Shown piece after piece: positions 27,137 through 38,410 of a stretch of DNA of 64,000 nt. Source of the stretch: Lama glama (lineage: Eukaryota); contig CM052817.1 in the NCBI GenBank assembly GCA_028534125.1, positions 8,558,001 to 8,622,000 on the forward strand, read 5' to 3'. Each line of letters opens with the position of its first letter. The stretch's first letter is position 1. Both the position numbers and the translations under genes were made by a program. The notes below the pieces were generated by a model, which saw only the letters and a program-made list of their open reading frames with translations, was not told the DNA's origin and made no database searches.

Positions 27137-27646
27137 TTAGATTCTACATATGAGTGATTTCATATGATATTTTTCTTTCTCTTTCTGGCTTACTTCACTT
27201 AGAATGACATTCTCCAGGAACATCCATGTTGCTGCAAATGGTGTTATGTTGTCAGTTTTTGTGGCTGAATAGTATTCCATTTTATAAATATACCAAATCT
27301 TCTTTATCCAGTCATCTGTTGATGGACATTTAGGCTGTTTCCATGTCTTGGCTATTGTAAATAGTGCTGCTATGAACATTAGGGTGCAGGTGTCATTTTG
27401 AAGTAGGGTTCCTTCTGGATATATGCCCAGGAGCAGGGTTCCTAGGTCATATGGTAAGTCTATTCCTAGTCTTTTGAGGAATCTCNNNNNNNNNNNNNNN
27501 NNNNNNNNNNNNNNNNNNNNNNNNNNNNNNNNNNNNNNNNNNNNNNNNNNNNNNNNNNNNNNNNNNNNNNNNNNNNNNNNNNNNNGGTCATATGGTAAGT
27601 CTATTCCTAGTCTTTTGAGGAATCTCCATACTGTTTTCCACAGTGG
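27137..27646 (-). pseudogene. L1 ORF2p C-terminal remnant (~120 codons, interrupted by an assembly gap)
   Basis: PLWKTVWRFLKRLGIDLPYD...IYP...TCTLMFIAALFTIAKTWKQPKCPSTDDWIKKIWYIY...EYYSA...LSEVSQKEK is the canonical L1 ORF2 C-terminus. Confidence 0.9.
27486..27585. other. Assembly gap (100 N) with overlapping flanks
   Basis: The 41-bp segments 27445-27485 and 27586-27626 are identical. Confidence 0.95.
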
Positions 27647-27786
27647 TTTTCCTTGCTTCCCTCTCCCACTCTTAATGATTTAGATGTCTTTTACAATTTT
27701 GTGTTTATTCTATTTGTAATTCATGGTAGTTATCACCTTTCCAGTTATGAGGTTCTCATTTTTGTAGTATCTTGCTTCTTTTCTAT

Positions 27787-28689
27787 TTAGAGTAGACCTG
27801 TCAATATTTCTTTTAGCATGGGCTTAATGTTGCTAAACTCTTTACGTTTTTGCTTGTCTGTGAAGTTCTTTATCTCTCCTTCTATTCTAAAGGATAGCCT
27901 TGCTGGATAGAGTATCCTAGGCTGCATCTTTTTTTAATTCAGGACTTTGAATATATCTTGCCACTCCCTTCTGGACTGTAGTGTTTGTGTAGAGAAATCA
28001 GCTGAAAGCCTTATGGGGGTTCCCTAGTAACTCACTTTTTGTTTTTCTCTTGCTGCCTTTAGGATCCTTTCTTTATCCTTGAGTCTGGCCATCTTGATGA
28101 TGGTGTATCTTGGTGTGGGTCTATTTGGGTTCTTCCTGTTTGGGACCCTCTGAGCCTCCTGTACTTGGATATCTGATTCCTTCTTTAGGTTTGGGAAGTT
28201 TTCAGTCATGATTTCTTCAACTACCTTTTCAATCCCCTTTGTTCTTTCTTCCCCTTCTGGAACCCCTATTATGTGTAGATTGGCACACTTTATATTATCC
28301 CATAGGTCCCTTATATTGTTTTCATTGTTTTTTATTTGTTTTTCTCTCAGCTGTTCTGATTGGGTGCTTTCTGTTGTCCTGTCTTCTAAGTCACTTATTC
28401 GTTCCTCTGCATTATCTAGTCTGCTTTGCACAGCCTTTAGATCAGTTGTCATCTCAGCAAATGAGTTTACTAATTCTACTTGGTTCTTCTTTATAGCTTC
28501 AATTTCATTTTTGACATATTTTATATCTCTAAACACTATTTCTTTTAGTTCCTTCAGTACTTTGATCAGTCCTTTTTTGAAATCTTGATCTAGTAGGCCA
28601 TCGATGTCTATTTCCTTGATCGTGCTTTCAGGGGATTTCTCTTGATCTTTTAATTGGGAGTGGTTTCTCTGCTTCTTCATATTGCTCAT
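27787..28689 (-). pseudogene. L1 ORF1p (RNA-binding chaperone), full length, two in-frame stops
   Basis: Translation: MSNMKKQRNHSQLK...coiled coil (RLDNAEERISDLED)...NLHIIGVPEGEE...ENFPNL...AQRVP...PR...AREKQKVSY*GTPIRLSADFS...RREWQDIFKVLN*KKMQPRILYPARLSF...LKEILTGLL*. Premature stops at 28024-28026 and 27934-27936, natural stop at 27787-27789, no frameshift. Confidence 0.92.
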
Positions 28690-29829
28690 ATCTCTCTGGC
28701 ACTGTGGCTGGTGGGTGGGCAGGTAACTCCCCCTCCTGATGCCGCAGTCAAATGCTACACTCGGGCGAGCCTGGTGGGTGGATTGCACCCCCTCCAAGCA
28801 CCGTAGTCAGGTGCTGCATTCCTGCCAGGAAGGTGGGTGGCTGCCCACCCTCTCCTGGCACTGGTTACTCTGCTGCTTTGTGCAGCTGCCTGCTCCACCT
28901 TGGTTGGTGCTCCATAGGCAGGCTCAGGGAAGACCATGGAACAGCCCTGCCCCTGCTCTGTGCCAAATCTCAGCTCCTTGTTTGTCTTGGTGGTGCTAGT
29001 TCTCTGAGGTGCAAGGGCAGAAAGATTCTATCTGCCTCGGGCTGTAAACAAGCCTCAGTCCTGCCTAGAAAGTTGCAGAGCCCCTGGGTGTGGATTCAGG
29101 TCTCGGCCCTGTCCCCACCCAGGTGCTGCGCACTGGAGGAGATGGCAGCTGTCAGTGTGCCCTGCCTCTCTTCTTGTAAGAAGTGCCAGTAATAGCACCA
29201 TGGGTCTGAGGAGACAAAGGCTATGGCACCCCTCCCCTCAGGGCACACCAGCAGTGTTGCTTTGCTTTTGTTGCAATTTATGTGGGACCGAGGTGGTTCT
29301 GCTCCATATCCCCTCCCAGCCATGGCATGCAGCACCCTGCAGTCCCCCAGGGCGGCCTCAGTGTGGCTGTCCTGGTCATCTGCCTGGCTTGGGCAGCCTG
29401 TCCTGGCCCCCAGCTGCCGGCTTGCATCTCAGGCTGGGTGTCATGGGGACCCTTTGTGCCTGTTTAACTTAGTTCTGTAGGTCAAGGGGTGCTTGGGGGC
29501 AGATCTGAGCCTTGGAGGCTCCCCCTCTGTCCCATTGGTCTCTCAGTTGGAGTGGGGAGACCCAGCAAATGAGTGCTATTCCTCCTTTGTGGCTCCCTCC
29601 TCACAGGACCAATCCTGCACTGTTTTACTTTTTTTTTCTTTCTTTTTTCCTTTTCTTCTATCAGATTTTCGGCGTCTTTGTCCTTCAAAGAGGGCAATGT
29701 TCTGGTGGAGTTCAGCAGGTGCTCTGGTTAGCTTAGTAGGTCTGTAGATGTGAGTTTTGGTGTATTTGTGGGAGAGGGTGAGTTATGAGCGTCCTCTACT
29801 CCACCATCTTGCTTCTCTCCATTATTATC

Positions 29830-31140
29830 ATTACTTTTATTGAATTATGGTTGATTTACAATGTGTTAGTTTCTGGTGTACACCAAATATATACATAAAT
29901 ATATTCTTTTTCATATTTGTTTCCATTATGATTTATTCCAGGATATTGGATATAGTTCCCTGTGCTATACAGTAGGACTTTGTTGTTTATCTATTTTATA
30001 TATAGTAGTTTGTATCTACTAATCCCAAACTCCTAGTTCATCCCTTCCCAACCTTTTTCCTTTGGTAGCTGTAAGCTTGTTTTCTATGTCTGTGAGTTTC
30101 TGTTTTGTAAATAAATTCATTTGTGTCATATTTTAGATTCCACATGTAAGTGATATCATATGGTATTTGTCTTTCTCTTTCTGACTTACTTTACTTAGTA
30201 TGATAATCTCTAGGTCCATCCATGTTGCTGCAAATGGCATTATTTCATTCTTTTTATGGATGAATAGCATACCATTGTATATAAATACTGCATCTTTTTT
30301 ATTCAGTCAGCTGTCAATAGACATTTAGCTTGCTTCCATGTCTTGGCTATTGTAAGTAATGCTGCTATGAACTTTGGGGTTCATGTATTCTTTGAATTAG
30401 AGTTTTCTCTGGATATGTGCCTAGGAGTGGGATTGCTGGATCATGTGGCAATTCTATTTTTAGTTTTTTAAGGAATTTCCATACTGTTTTCCATAGTGGC
30501 TGCACAATTTACATTCCTACCAACAGTGTAGAACGGTTTCCTTTTTTTCCCACAGCCTTTCCAGAATTTGTTATTTGTAGACTTCTTAATGTTGGCTATT
30601 CTAACCAGGGTGAGATGGTACTGTATTGTAATTTGATTTGCATTTCTCTAATAATTAGCAAAAGTGAGACTCTTTTCATGTGCCTATTGGCCATCTGTGT
30701 ATCTTCTTTGGAGAAATGTCTATTTAGGTCTTCTGCCCATTTTTTGATTGGGTTGTTGGTTTTTTGTTATTAAGTTGTAGAAGCTGTTTCTATATTTTGG
30801 AAATTAAGTCCTTGTCAATCTCATGGTTTGCAAATATTTTTTTCCAGTCCATAGATTGTGTTTTCAATTTGTTTATAGTGTCCTTTGCTGTGCTACAACT
30901 TATATGTTTGATTAGGTACCATTTGTTTATTTTTGCTTGTATTTCTATTGTCTTGGGAAACTGACCTAGGAAACTGATGCAATGATTTATGTCAGAAAAT
31001 GTTTTGCCTATGTTCTCTTCTAGGGGTTTTATGGTATCATGTCTTTATTTAAGTCTTTAAGCCATTTTGAGTTCATTTTTGTGTATGGTGTGAGGGAGTG
31101 TTCTAACTTCATTGATTTACAAGAAGCTGTACAGCTGAAG
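29830..31140 (-). mobile_element. Older 5'-truncated LINE-1 (3'UTR plus 3' part of ORF2), cetartiodactyl-type
   Basis: L1 3'UTR (ttttattgaattatggttgatttacaat...) followed by ORF2 sequence ([21 protein letters not shown]). 14-bp TSD cagttattattatc: right copy 31141-31154, left copy split by the younger L1. Confidence 0.9.
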
Positions 31141-31534
31141 CAGTTATTATTATCCTTAGAAAAAGGTTTAGCTCGAGTGAGTTTACATGATTTTGAGCAG
31201 CATGACAAGGTAGTAAAAGGGAAAGGTGGGATTTGAACCTGGGCCATTTGGTGCCAAAGCTTTTATGCTCATGCATTATACTACACGGTGGGCAAGTAAC
31301 AGAGAAATATTCCTGTTCGGTTGCTAGGATTTTCAGATAATCAAGATATCAATGATGTTAGTGCCTGGTAGTGGTAGTGCTGTTCACGTAGAAGATGATC
31401 TGGAGTCCTCAGTGACTCATTTATTCTTTCATTTGGCAGGCACTATCCTATAGGTTAGACATTTTAAGCAAGTGATATATAGCTGGTGAGAGCTGTATAA
31501 TTGACCTTTCTTGATCTGTGGTTCTTCGTTAGCT

Positions 31535-32036
31535 GTGTCAGGCAGAATTTTAAGATGATCCCAATGATCCTCACCCTTGTCTAGTCTCTTCCCCTATACT
31601 TCCAGCTCCTAAACGTCTAATATAACCTTAACTTTTGGGTATATACCTGGTAGATGTTCAGGTGCCTCTAGGTATTGTAGTTCTCTTCCTCCTGAGCATG
31701 TGCTACGATTGCACTTTTCTTGCCCCTTGCAGTTAGGCTTGACTGTGTGGCTTGCTCTGGCCAATGAAATGTTAGTGTCTCACTTCTGGGAAAACACGTT
31801 AGAACCAGTTCATAATTGCTATGTCTCCTTCCCTTTGCCACTGTAATCTGCAATGGTTTTGAGAGGACTGCTCTGATGGCCTGACCTCTGGAGAGAGAAG
31901 TACCTAGAGCAGCCTCCAGTTAAGCCACAGTGAGCATTTAATGTGAACCAGAAATACATTTCTGTTGTTTTAACCCATTGGGATTGGGGGATTATTTGTT
32001 ACTGTACCATACTCTAGATTATCCTGACAACTACAA
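31535..32036 (+). mobile_element. MLT1-type LTR relic(s)
   Basis: ggcagaattttaagatga... and cccttgcagttaggc...gcttgctctggccaatgaaatg...atttgttactgtaccata. Confidence 0.65.
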
Positions 32037-33097
32037 CATACCGGTAAATAACACCGGGCTCCTCATTCTTGAGACATTCCAAGGTGGTTACAGGACACCT
32101 GCCAAGTGCAAAGGGCCATTAAAAGAACAGCAACAAAAACAGCAACATAACAACAAAAATAGAAGCAGCAGCCACAGTAGAAGTAAAGACAACAGTAGCT
32201 CTGCCCCCAGCTCTCTGGATATCCATGGCAATTATAATTGCTGTGAGGGTTGCATTGGCTTTTCCAAGAGCTCACTCTTCTTTAAAACAAGAGCTATCTA
32301 TCCACATTTACCATATAATTTCTCTACAGCTTGTCCTTAGGGTGGAAGAATATTCCACTGGCTGGGTTTATGATGTTCTGCTTCACTCTCTCTGTCCTGA
32401 AGTAAAGTTGAATTATAAAATAGGGCTAGCATTATCTTAGGCAGCCATGCAACAATGGTGTCTGGAGGTGAGTGTTGAAATATGTCTTGGGGCTTTGGGA
32501 GATGTTTTCAATTCAATATTCTGTGATCATTGTCCAAAGATTCTTGATAGTGTCCTTTAGGAGTCGCTGAATACAAATAGGAAAAAAGAAAAGAAAAGTA
32601 AAGAAAAAGAAACAATCTTGCATTCAGATGCCTTAAACTAATAAATAAGCAAGTAAATGTCTCGAAAATAATTTGTGGATTCAGTAAGGATAATGACTAT
32701 AATTTCATGTATGTATCACAAGGAACATTAATAACTAGTATAATCATATACAATTTCATAAACTCACATATATTAGGGCTCAGAGCCTTCATAGAAGACT
32801 ACATGGGTATCAGAAGACTTGGATCTTGTTTCAGCTCATCATTAATCAGCCAGGAAACTTGGGCAAAAAGCTAAGTTCCTTTACAGTCCTCAGACTCAGA
32901 GAAGTTTGCATTGTCGAGATCTGAAATCTGTAAATTTAGGCTTACCACGGAGCACCCCTCTGCCTGCCCCCACTTCATTAAGTTTGCTCTTCTTAAAAGT
33001 GTGTCACTAATTTTTCTACCAAGTGCTCCTAAAGGCAGAGGCAAAGGAGAGACTACTTCAGTGGGTATCTCTGATCACAGCTCCAAGTTATTCTTTG

Positions 33098-33634
33098 CCT
33101 GTTAGTTACTCACTGCTTTATAACAAGTGACATCAATAACAAACCTTTATTATCTCATAGTTCCTGTGTAGCTGGGATCCAGAAAGAGCTTGGCTAGGGT
33201 CATCTGGTGTCTACAATTAATGAGTCAACTGGGGTTTTAACCATGACAATACTCAAATGTGGAAGGATACACACCCAAGTTCACTTGCCCAGTTGTCAGC
33301 AGAAGTCTGTTCCTTGTTGGTGATATGACTGAGGACCTCAGCTCCTTGCTGACCCTTCCTTGCCATGTGAACATCTCAGTAGAACAGCTGACAGCAGGGC
33401 CACTGGCTTCATCAGACTGATTAAGTGAGGAGAGATAGACAGGGAGACAGAGAAGGGAAGTCACAGTCTCTCATAACCTAATTTCAGAAATGTTATCCCA
33501 TCATTTTGCTGTATTCTATTCTTTAGAAGAAAGTGACTAGGTCAAGCATACTTCAAGGGGAAGAGATTACACAGGGACATAAATACTGGGAGGTGGAGAT
33601 CACTGATACCATCTTAGAAGTTTGCCTGTGACAC
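33098..33634 (-). mobile_element. MLT1F/G-like solo LTR
   Basis: tttattatctcatagttcctgtg...ctgaggacctcagctccttgctg...ggggaagagattacacagggacataaatactgggagg. Confidence 0.78.
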
Positions 33635-35478
33635 CTTGTAAGCCAGATGTGTCTTTGAAACTTTGTGTTTTATCCTTAAAATATACACATATTTGCATTT
33701 TATGATAAAGCATATGTTTATTTTAATAGGATGGTAATGTTTTGAATTACTCATTATCAGAAAAATAAAAAAGCTTTTCTAGGAAGATGCACCCTGCTTA
33801 TCCACCAAATTTCAATGTGCCAGCTTGCAGGCATAGACTGTGTTTAGAGGTGCGTGGCGTTGAGTCATTTTCATATATCTTCAATTCTAGTTTCATCATT
33901 TATATAGGGGAGGAAAGTAAGGCCAGAAAGAGTCAGTGACTTGTTCAAGGTCACTACCCCTCAAGACAATGACAGAGTTAGGACTAGATCCTGGGACTCT
34001 GGGTTTTGGGTCCAGTGTGGTTTTTTCCAAGACTTTCCTTTTCTTGGGTGTCTACCATCTGTTCTAGTATGCATCACCTATGGCCCTCAGCATGCTCAGT
34101 GTCCAGTACATGTGGCTTGTTCATCTAGTGATGCTGTAAGGTCTTAAACTCAGGAACCAGGTCCCATTGTTCCTGACCCATTGCTAGTCACATAAGATGT
34201 GCTCAAAGTCTATTACATATACTCTTTTTTTCTTAATTTGGGAAGTCTTGATCATGAAATTCCTGATAGCTACTGGAACATTCTTTCTCTTCACAATCTC
34301 TCAAAATGCTCTCTCACTCTCCTCCAAAGCCCTCACCCAGGCCTTCATCTTCGCTTTTTGGATTTATGCTAACAAGCTCCAAACAAACCCCTTGATTCCA
34401 AAGTTCTTTTCCATTTTATTACATTCTCCTCCCTTTAGTTTGAGGAGGGAATTTAAAACAGATCTCATTTCCCTGCTGAAAACCCACCAATCTATTCCCA
34501 TTTTCTTCAAATGTGTCTGGTGTCTTAGTTCGGCCTAGTACCATCTTCATGACAAGGTCCTTGGCTTAGTGATTAGTCTCATCTCATCCCCCCTTTGGCA
34601 TGAATCCTACTCCTCAGGGGACCTGCACTCCATGAACATTCCCAAAAAGGCAGCGCTCAGCCCTTGTGCCCACCTCTGTGCTGCACTTTCAGCTCTGAGT
34701 CACCTTTCCTCTCACCTCTTCTCTCTCCTACTCATTTGTCAAGATGTATCTCAAGCATCCTGCTCTTTGAAGGCTTTTCTGTGGCCCTTCTCTCCCAGAC
34801 TGAATTTCCTACCAATTTTCTACACTTCCCCTTCACCTATTATTATTACTCCCTATAACTTCAGTGTGGCACCCAGAACAGGTGCCATCAATCATGAATC
34901 TCAACAAAAAAGATACAGCAATGAGCTTTTCGGATATCACTTATTGAGTTATTATGACATCTCAAACACTCCACTAAGTATAATATACATTGTCCTGCTT
35001 TTCTTACAGTAAATTTAAATGTTCAGTATTATGAGCTTTATGAAAAAAGTGAAGTTCAGAGGTTAAAATACACCAGATCTCACAGCTAGTCCAAGGTGGA
35101 ACTGCTCCACCAGTCTGGGTCTGTCTCATGTTCTCACACTATGATCAATTTCTGAGCTTTAGAATGTTGAGGCAAATTATCAGGTAAAAACTGAATCAGC
35201 GTGACCTGTAGGACATTGTGTCTGCAGTGTTCCTGTGCACACCCTTGTGATTGATCAAATTTGTGCTACATTTGCTAAACCCCAGAAGCCTTCACTTTTC
35301 CTAATTAAATTTGAGGATTCATTTGAAATGGCTCCTGGAGGGTGGGTACTAGGAACATGATGTGGGTATCACACAGAGCTGTTCCCCTGCTTTGTCTCTG
35401 TAAAGTCTTAATAATTGCCTTTGAAACCCTCATTGATCTGGTCTCTGCATCTGGATTTGGGGCATCAGCTGTTTACAG

Positions 35479-35625
35479 CAGTGGATCTCAAGCATTAGCT
35501 TGTTAGATACAGATTACTAAACCCTTAGGGTTTCCAATTCAGCAGTGTGAGATGGGGTCTGAGAATCTGCATGTCTAACATGCTCCCAAATGATGTTGCC
35601 ACTGCTGCTGGTCCATGGACTGTAG
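35479..35625. mobile_element. MER5A-like hAT-Charlie MITE
   Basis: cagtggatctcaa...gatggggtctgagaatctgcatgtctaaca...gctgctggtccatggac. Confidence 0.75.
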
Positions 35626-36596
35626 ATCATCTAATGAAAATCATTGATTTACAGAAATTGCCTGGGAGTGCTAGGGGGAAGCAGCCAGTTGTCCCACCAC
35701 ACAGGAATTAGCCAAGCACTGCTCCTCCCACTTGGAGAAGGTTGCAACCACTTTCCAGTCCCTCACCCCAGCTGACCTGCTTTCTAAGCAACTAAAAGTG
35801 ATATTTTAGGGTCATTTTAAGATAACCCTATAAATTACTTGATATTATTATTATCTAAATCCAGATTTTTTTTTTTACTTTTTAAATATATATCTTTATT
35901 ACTTAACTCAAATTTTCTTGGGGCATCTGTTAAAGCATCTTAAGTGATATGGACCTGTACATGAACTTCTGAAAAGTCTAATTTCCTCTTTGATCCCTTG
36001 ACTCAGCAATATCGCCGTGACTACACTTTTCTTTTTCCCTCCTGTTAAATGAGGAAGGGGTCTCTTCCTCTATCTGAGGTGGAGATTTTGGTTCCCTTCC
36101 CTCTAGCTTTGTTGAAGTTCTTATTCCAACAATTAACCCCTTTAACTTCCACTTATCAGCCCTTTACCTTGTCCTCTTCAGCATTTAACACGTTTATGTC
36201 TCTTCCATCCTTAAAATAATATTCAGAAGATGCTCTTCTTTGCCAGTTCAACTGCAAAAGCTGAAGACAAAAGTTGACAACCAGACTCTCCACAGCCCAG
36301 AAGTTGTTGACATTTCTGAGGCTATGAACAGTTCTTGGGGGAAGCCCTAGTGGTTTTAGACAAAGCAGTGTTTACCTCATTCTCCTGGAAAGAAACAGAG
36401 AAAGTGCCAGCTTGGCAAATGGCGGGGAAGTAGAAAGGAATGTACTGTTGTTTAGGTGAACTGTGCTTGTATGCAGAACACGCCTAAAGACGTTGACAGG
36501 GACTTCAAGAAGAGCATAAGGTCTATATATGGTCACCTTCCTTTTGTAGAACATGTTCAAGAAAAAGTCTCTCTTGTTGAAATCTGAAATGTCTTT

Positions 36597-37237
36597 TTTT
36601 TAAACATTTGTTATTGATTTATAATCATTTTACAATGTTGTGTCAAATTCCAGTGTAGAGCACAATTTTTCAGTTATACATGAACATATATATATTCATT
36701 GTCACATTTTTTTTCTCTGTGAGCTACCATAAGATCTTGTATATATTTCCCTGTGGTATACAGCATAATCTTGTTTATCTATTCTACAGTTTTGAAATCC
36801 CAGTCTATCTCTTCCTACCCCCTGCCCCCTTGGCAACCACAAGTTTGTATTCTATGTCTGTGAATCTATTTCTGTTTTGTATTTATGCTTTTTTTTTTTT
36901 NNNNNNNNNNNNNNNNNNNNNNNNNNNNNNNNNNNNNNNNNNNNNNNNNNNNNNNNNNNNNNNNNNNNNNNNNNNNNNNNNNNNNNNNNNNNNNNNNNNN
37001 AATGGCTGCGCCAAACTGCATTCCCACCAGCAGTGAAGGAGGGTTCCCTTTTCTCCACAGCCTCTCCAGCATTTGTCATTTGTGGATTTTTGAATGATGG
37101 CCATTCTGACTGTTATGAGGTGATCCCTCATCATAGTTTTGATTTTCATTTCTCTGAAAATTAGTGATATTGAGCATTTTTTCATGTGCCTCTTGATCAT
37201 TTGTATGTCTTCCTTGGAGAATTGCTTGTTTAGGTCT
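36597..37237 (-). mobile_element. 5'-truncated young LINE-1 of the same family as the 26.8-kb element
   Basis: 3' end nearly identical to 26820-27095. ORF2 CCHC region [19 protein letters not shown] is present. 14-bp TSD tctgaaatgtcttt (36583-36596 / 37235-37248). Contains a 100-N gap. Confidence 0.92.
36901..37000. other. Assembly gap (100 N) inside an L1
   Basis: N run following a poly-T tract. Confidence 0.97.
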
Positions 37238-37863
37238 GAAATGTCTTTGGTTTTAAAAACAAACAAAAACAAATCTGCAGCTTTGCTTTAAGACAGACAT
37301 TTCTCTGCACTTCACACACATGAATAGGTAAGGTTCTTAAAAGAAATGTGAAATAATTTGAATTAAAACTCAGATGGTTTGATCCAACAAGCCACATCAA
37401 TTTTATCCCCTGTCCCCCTCCCCTGAGGCCTTCAGAAAGAGTTGACAGTAAACTGTCTCTAGTTCTTGAAGTTCAGTTTTAAATTGGCTACAATATGTTC
37501 TCTACCCACAAAGGCAGCACTGACAGCCTTGGGACGTTCAAAATGATCTCTTAATTTTCAGATTCAGTGGACATACATCAGCCCCTCATTTCACCTAATT
37601 GACGCCATTTGACACGGTTGACTATTCTCTTCTTTAGAAAACTGTCTTTCCATCTTCATCTTTGACCTTGGTCCTGGTCCTCTGTCTGTCTGTCTTTTCC
37701 CAGTCTTTCTAGGCTGCTTCTCACCCTTTCTTGTCCATCAAATGTTTGCATTTCCCTGGATTTTGTTCCTGGTCCCATATTACTCTGTAAAAACTCCCTG
37801 GGCAAATGCTCATGGCTTTCCCTCTATCAGTAAACTTCCTCCCAGTTCTGGACATTCTTTAAG

Positions 37864-38410
37864 TCAATGGTTTACCTTCAGAGACATTTTGAAAATTTGT
37901 GGGGATTTTTTTTTTTCATTATCATGATGAATGAGGGAAGAGAGCTACTGTTATTCAGTAGGCAGGGCCGAGGGAGGCTAACATCTTGTGATGCACTGGA
38001 TTGTCCCTCTCGCACAATAAAGAATTGTTCTATGCTCTGCATGACTTTGAATGTTCATTCTATCATTCATGTGAGTGTAATAAAACCTGATTATATTGGT
38101 TGAACCCAGAAAGTATATCTGTTTTTTTTTTCATAAAATCCTGAAGAATTTTTTTCCTTTTTGTTATACCTTAAATTTCCAAGAATAAAATGAATGTGCA
38201 AATCAATAAGTAATTGTAATTTTCTTTTTCAGGATTTTATTCTGAGTAATATAACTGATCACCATTTTGAAAAATCACATTAATGATGACCATATTGTTC
38301 ATATGATTTGAGTCTCCAATTTAACACACTTGTGTCAGTCTGCATTCAAAAGCGTTCCAGTTATTTATACCAATATGCCTAATTATCCCTTATTTTAAAA
38401 TGCCACGTTA
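37864..38410 (+). mobile_element. MER20B-like hAT-Charlie element
   Basis: gacattttgaaaatttgtggggatt...gctactg...agtaggcagggccgaggg...cgcacaataaagaattg. Confidence 0.6.

Larger units (their letters stand above)
26803..29820 (-). mobile_element. LINE-1 derivative: 5'UTR + ORF1 + short spacer + ORF2 C-terminal remnant + 3'UTR/poly(A); most of ORF2 absent
   Basis: The minus-strand 5' end reads GGAGAGAAGCAAGATGGTGGAGTAG, a typical L1 start. It has a relatively GC-rich ~1.1-kb 5'UTR, an L1 ORF1 translation, the ORF2 C-terminus (PLWKTVWRFLK...MFIAALFTIAKTWKQPKCPS), an A-rich tail, and a 6-bp TSD attatt (26797-26802 / 29821-29826). Contains a 100-N gap. Confidence 0.92.
26700..31285 (-). mobile_element. 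MIR split into 26700-26796 and 31155-31285 by two L1 insertions
   Basis: Left half: atttgttgaacactgagtgtgtgcc...ttaatc...ctatgagacag. Right half: ...gggatttgaacctgggcc...gccaaagc. Confidence 0.65.

Noticed and set aside
28024..28797. 257-aa ORF as a functional host gene
   Set aside because: It is L1 ORF1 truncated by a nonsense codon; the N-terminal extension is 5'UTR read-through.
28208..29747. Multiple plus-strand ORFs over the L1 ORF1 and 5'UTR (ORF0-like?)
   Set aside because: These are antisense or GC-rich open frames with no recognisable homology. ORF0 is described for primate L1, and nothing here supports an equivalent.
31978..32340. 120-aa ORF with Gln/Asn/Ser runs
   Set aside because: It begins in an MLT LTR and runs through CAA/CAG-rich low-complexity sequence; no recognisable protein.
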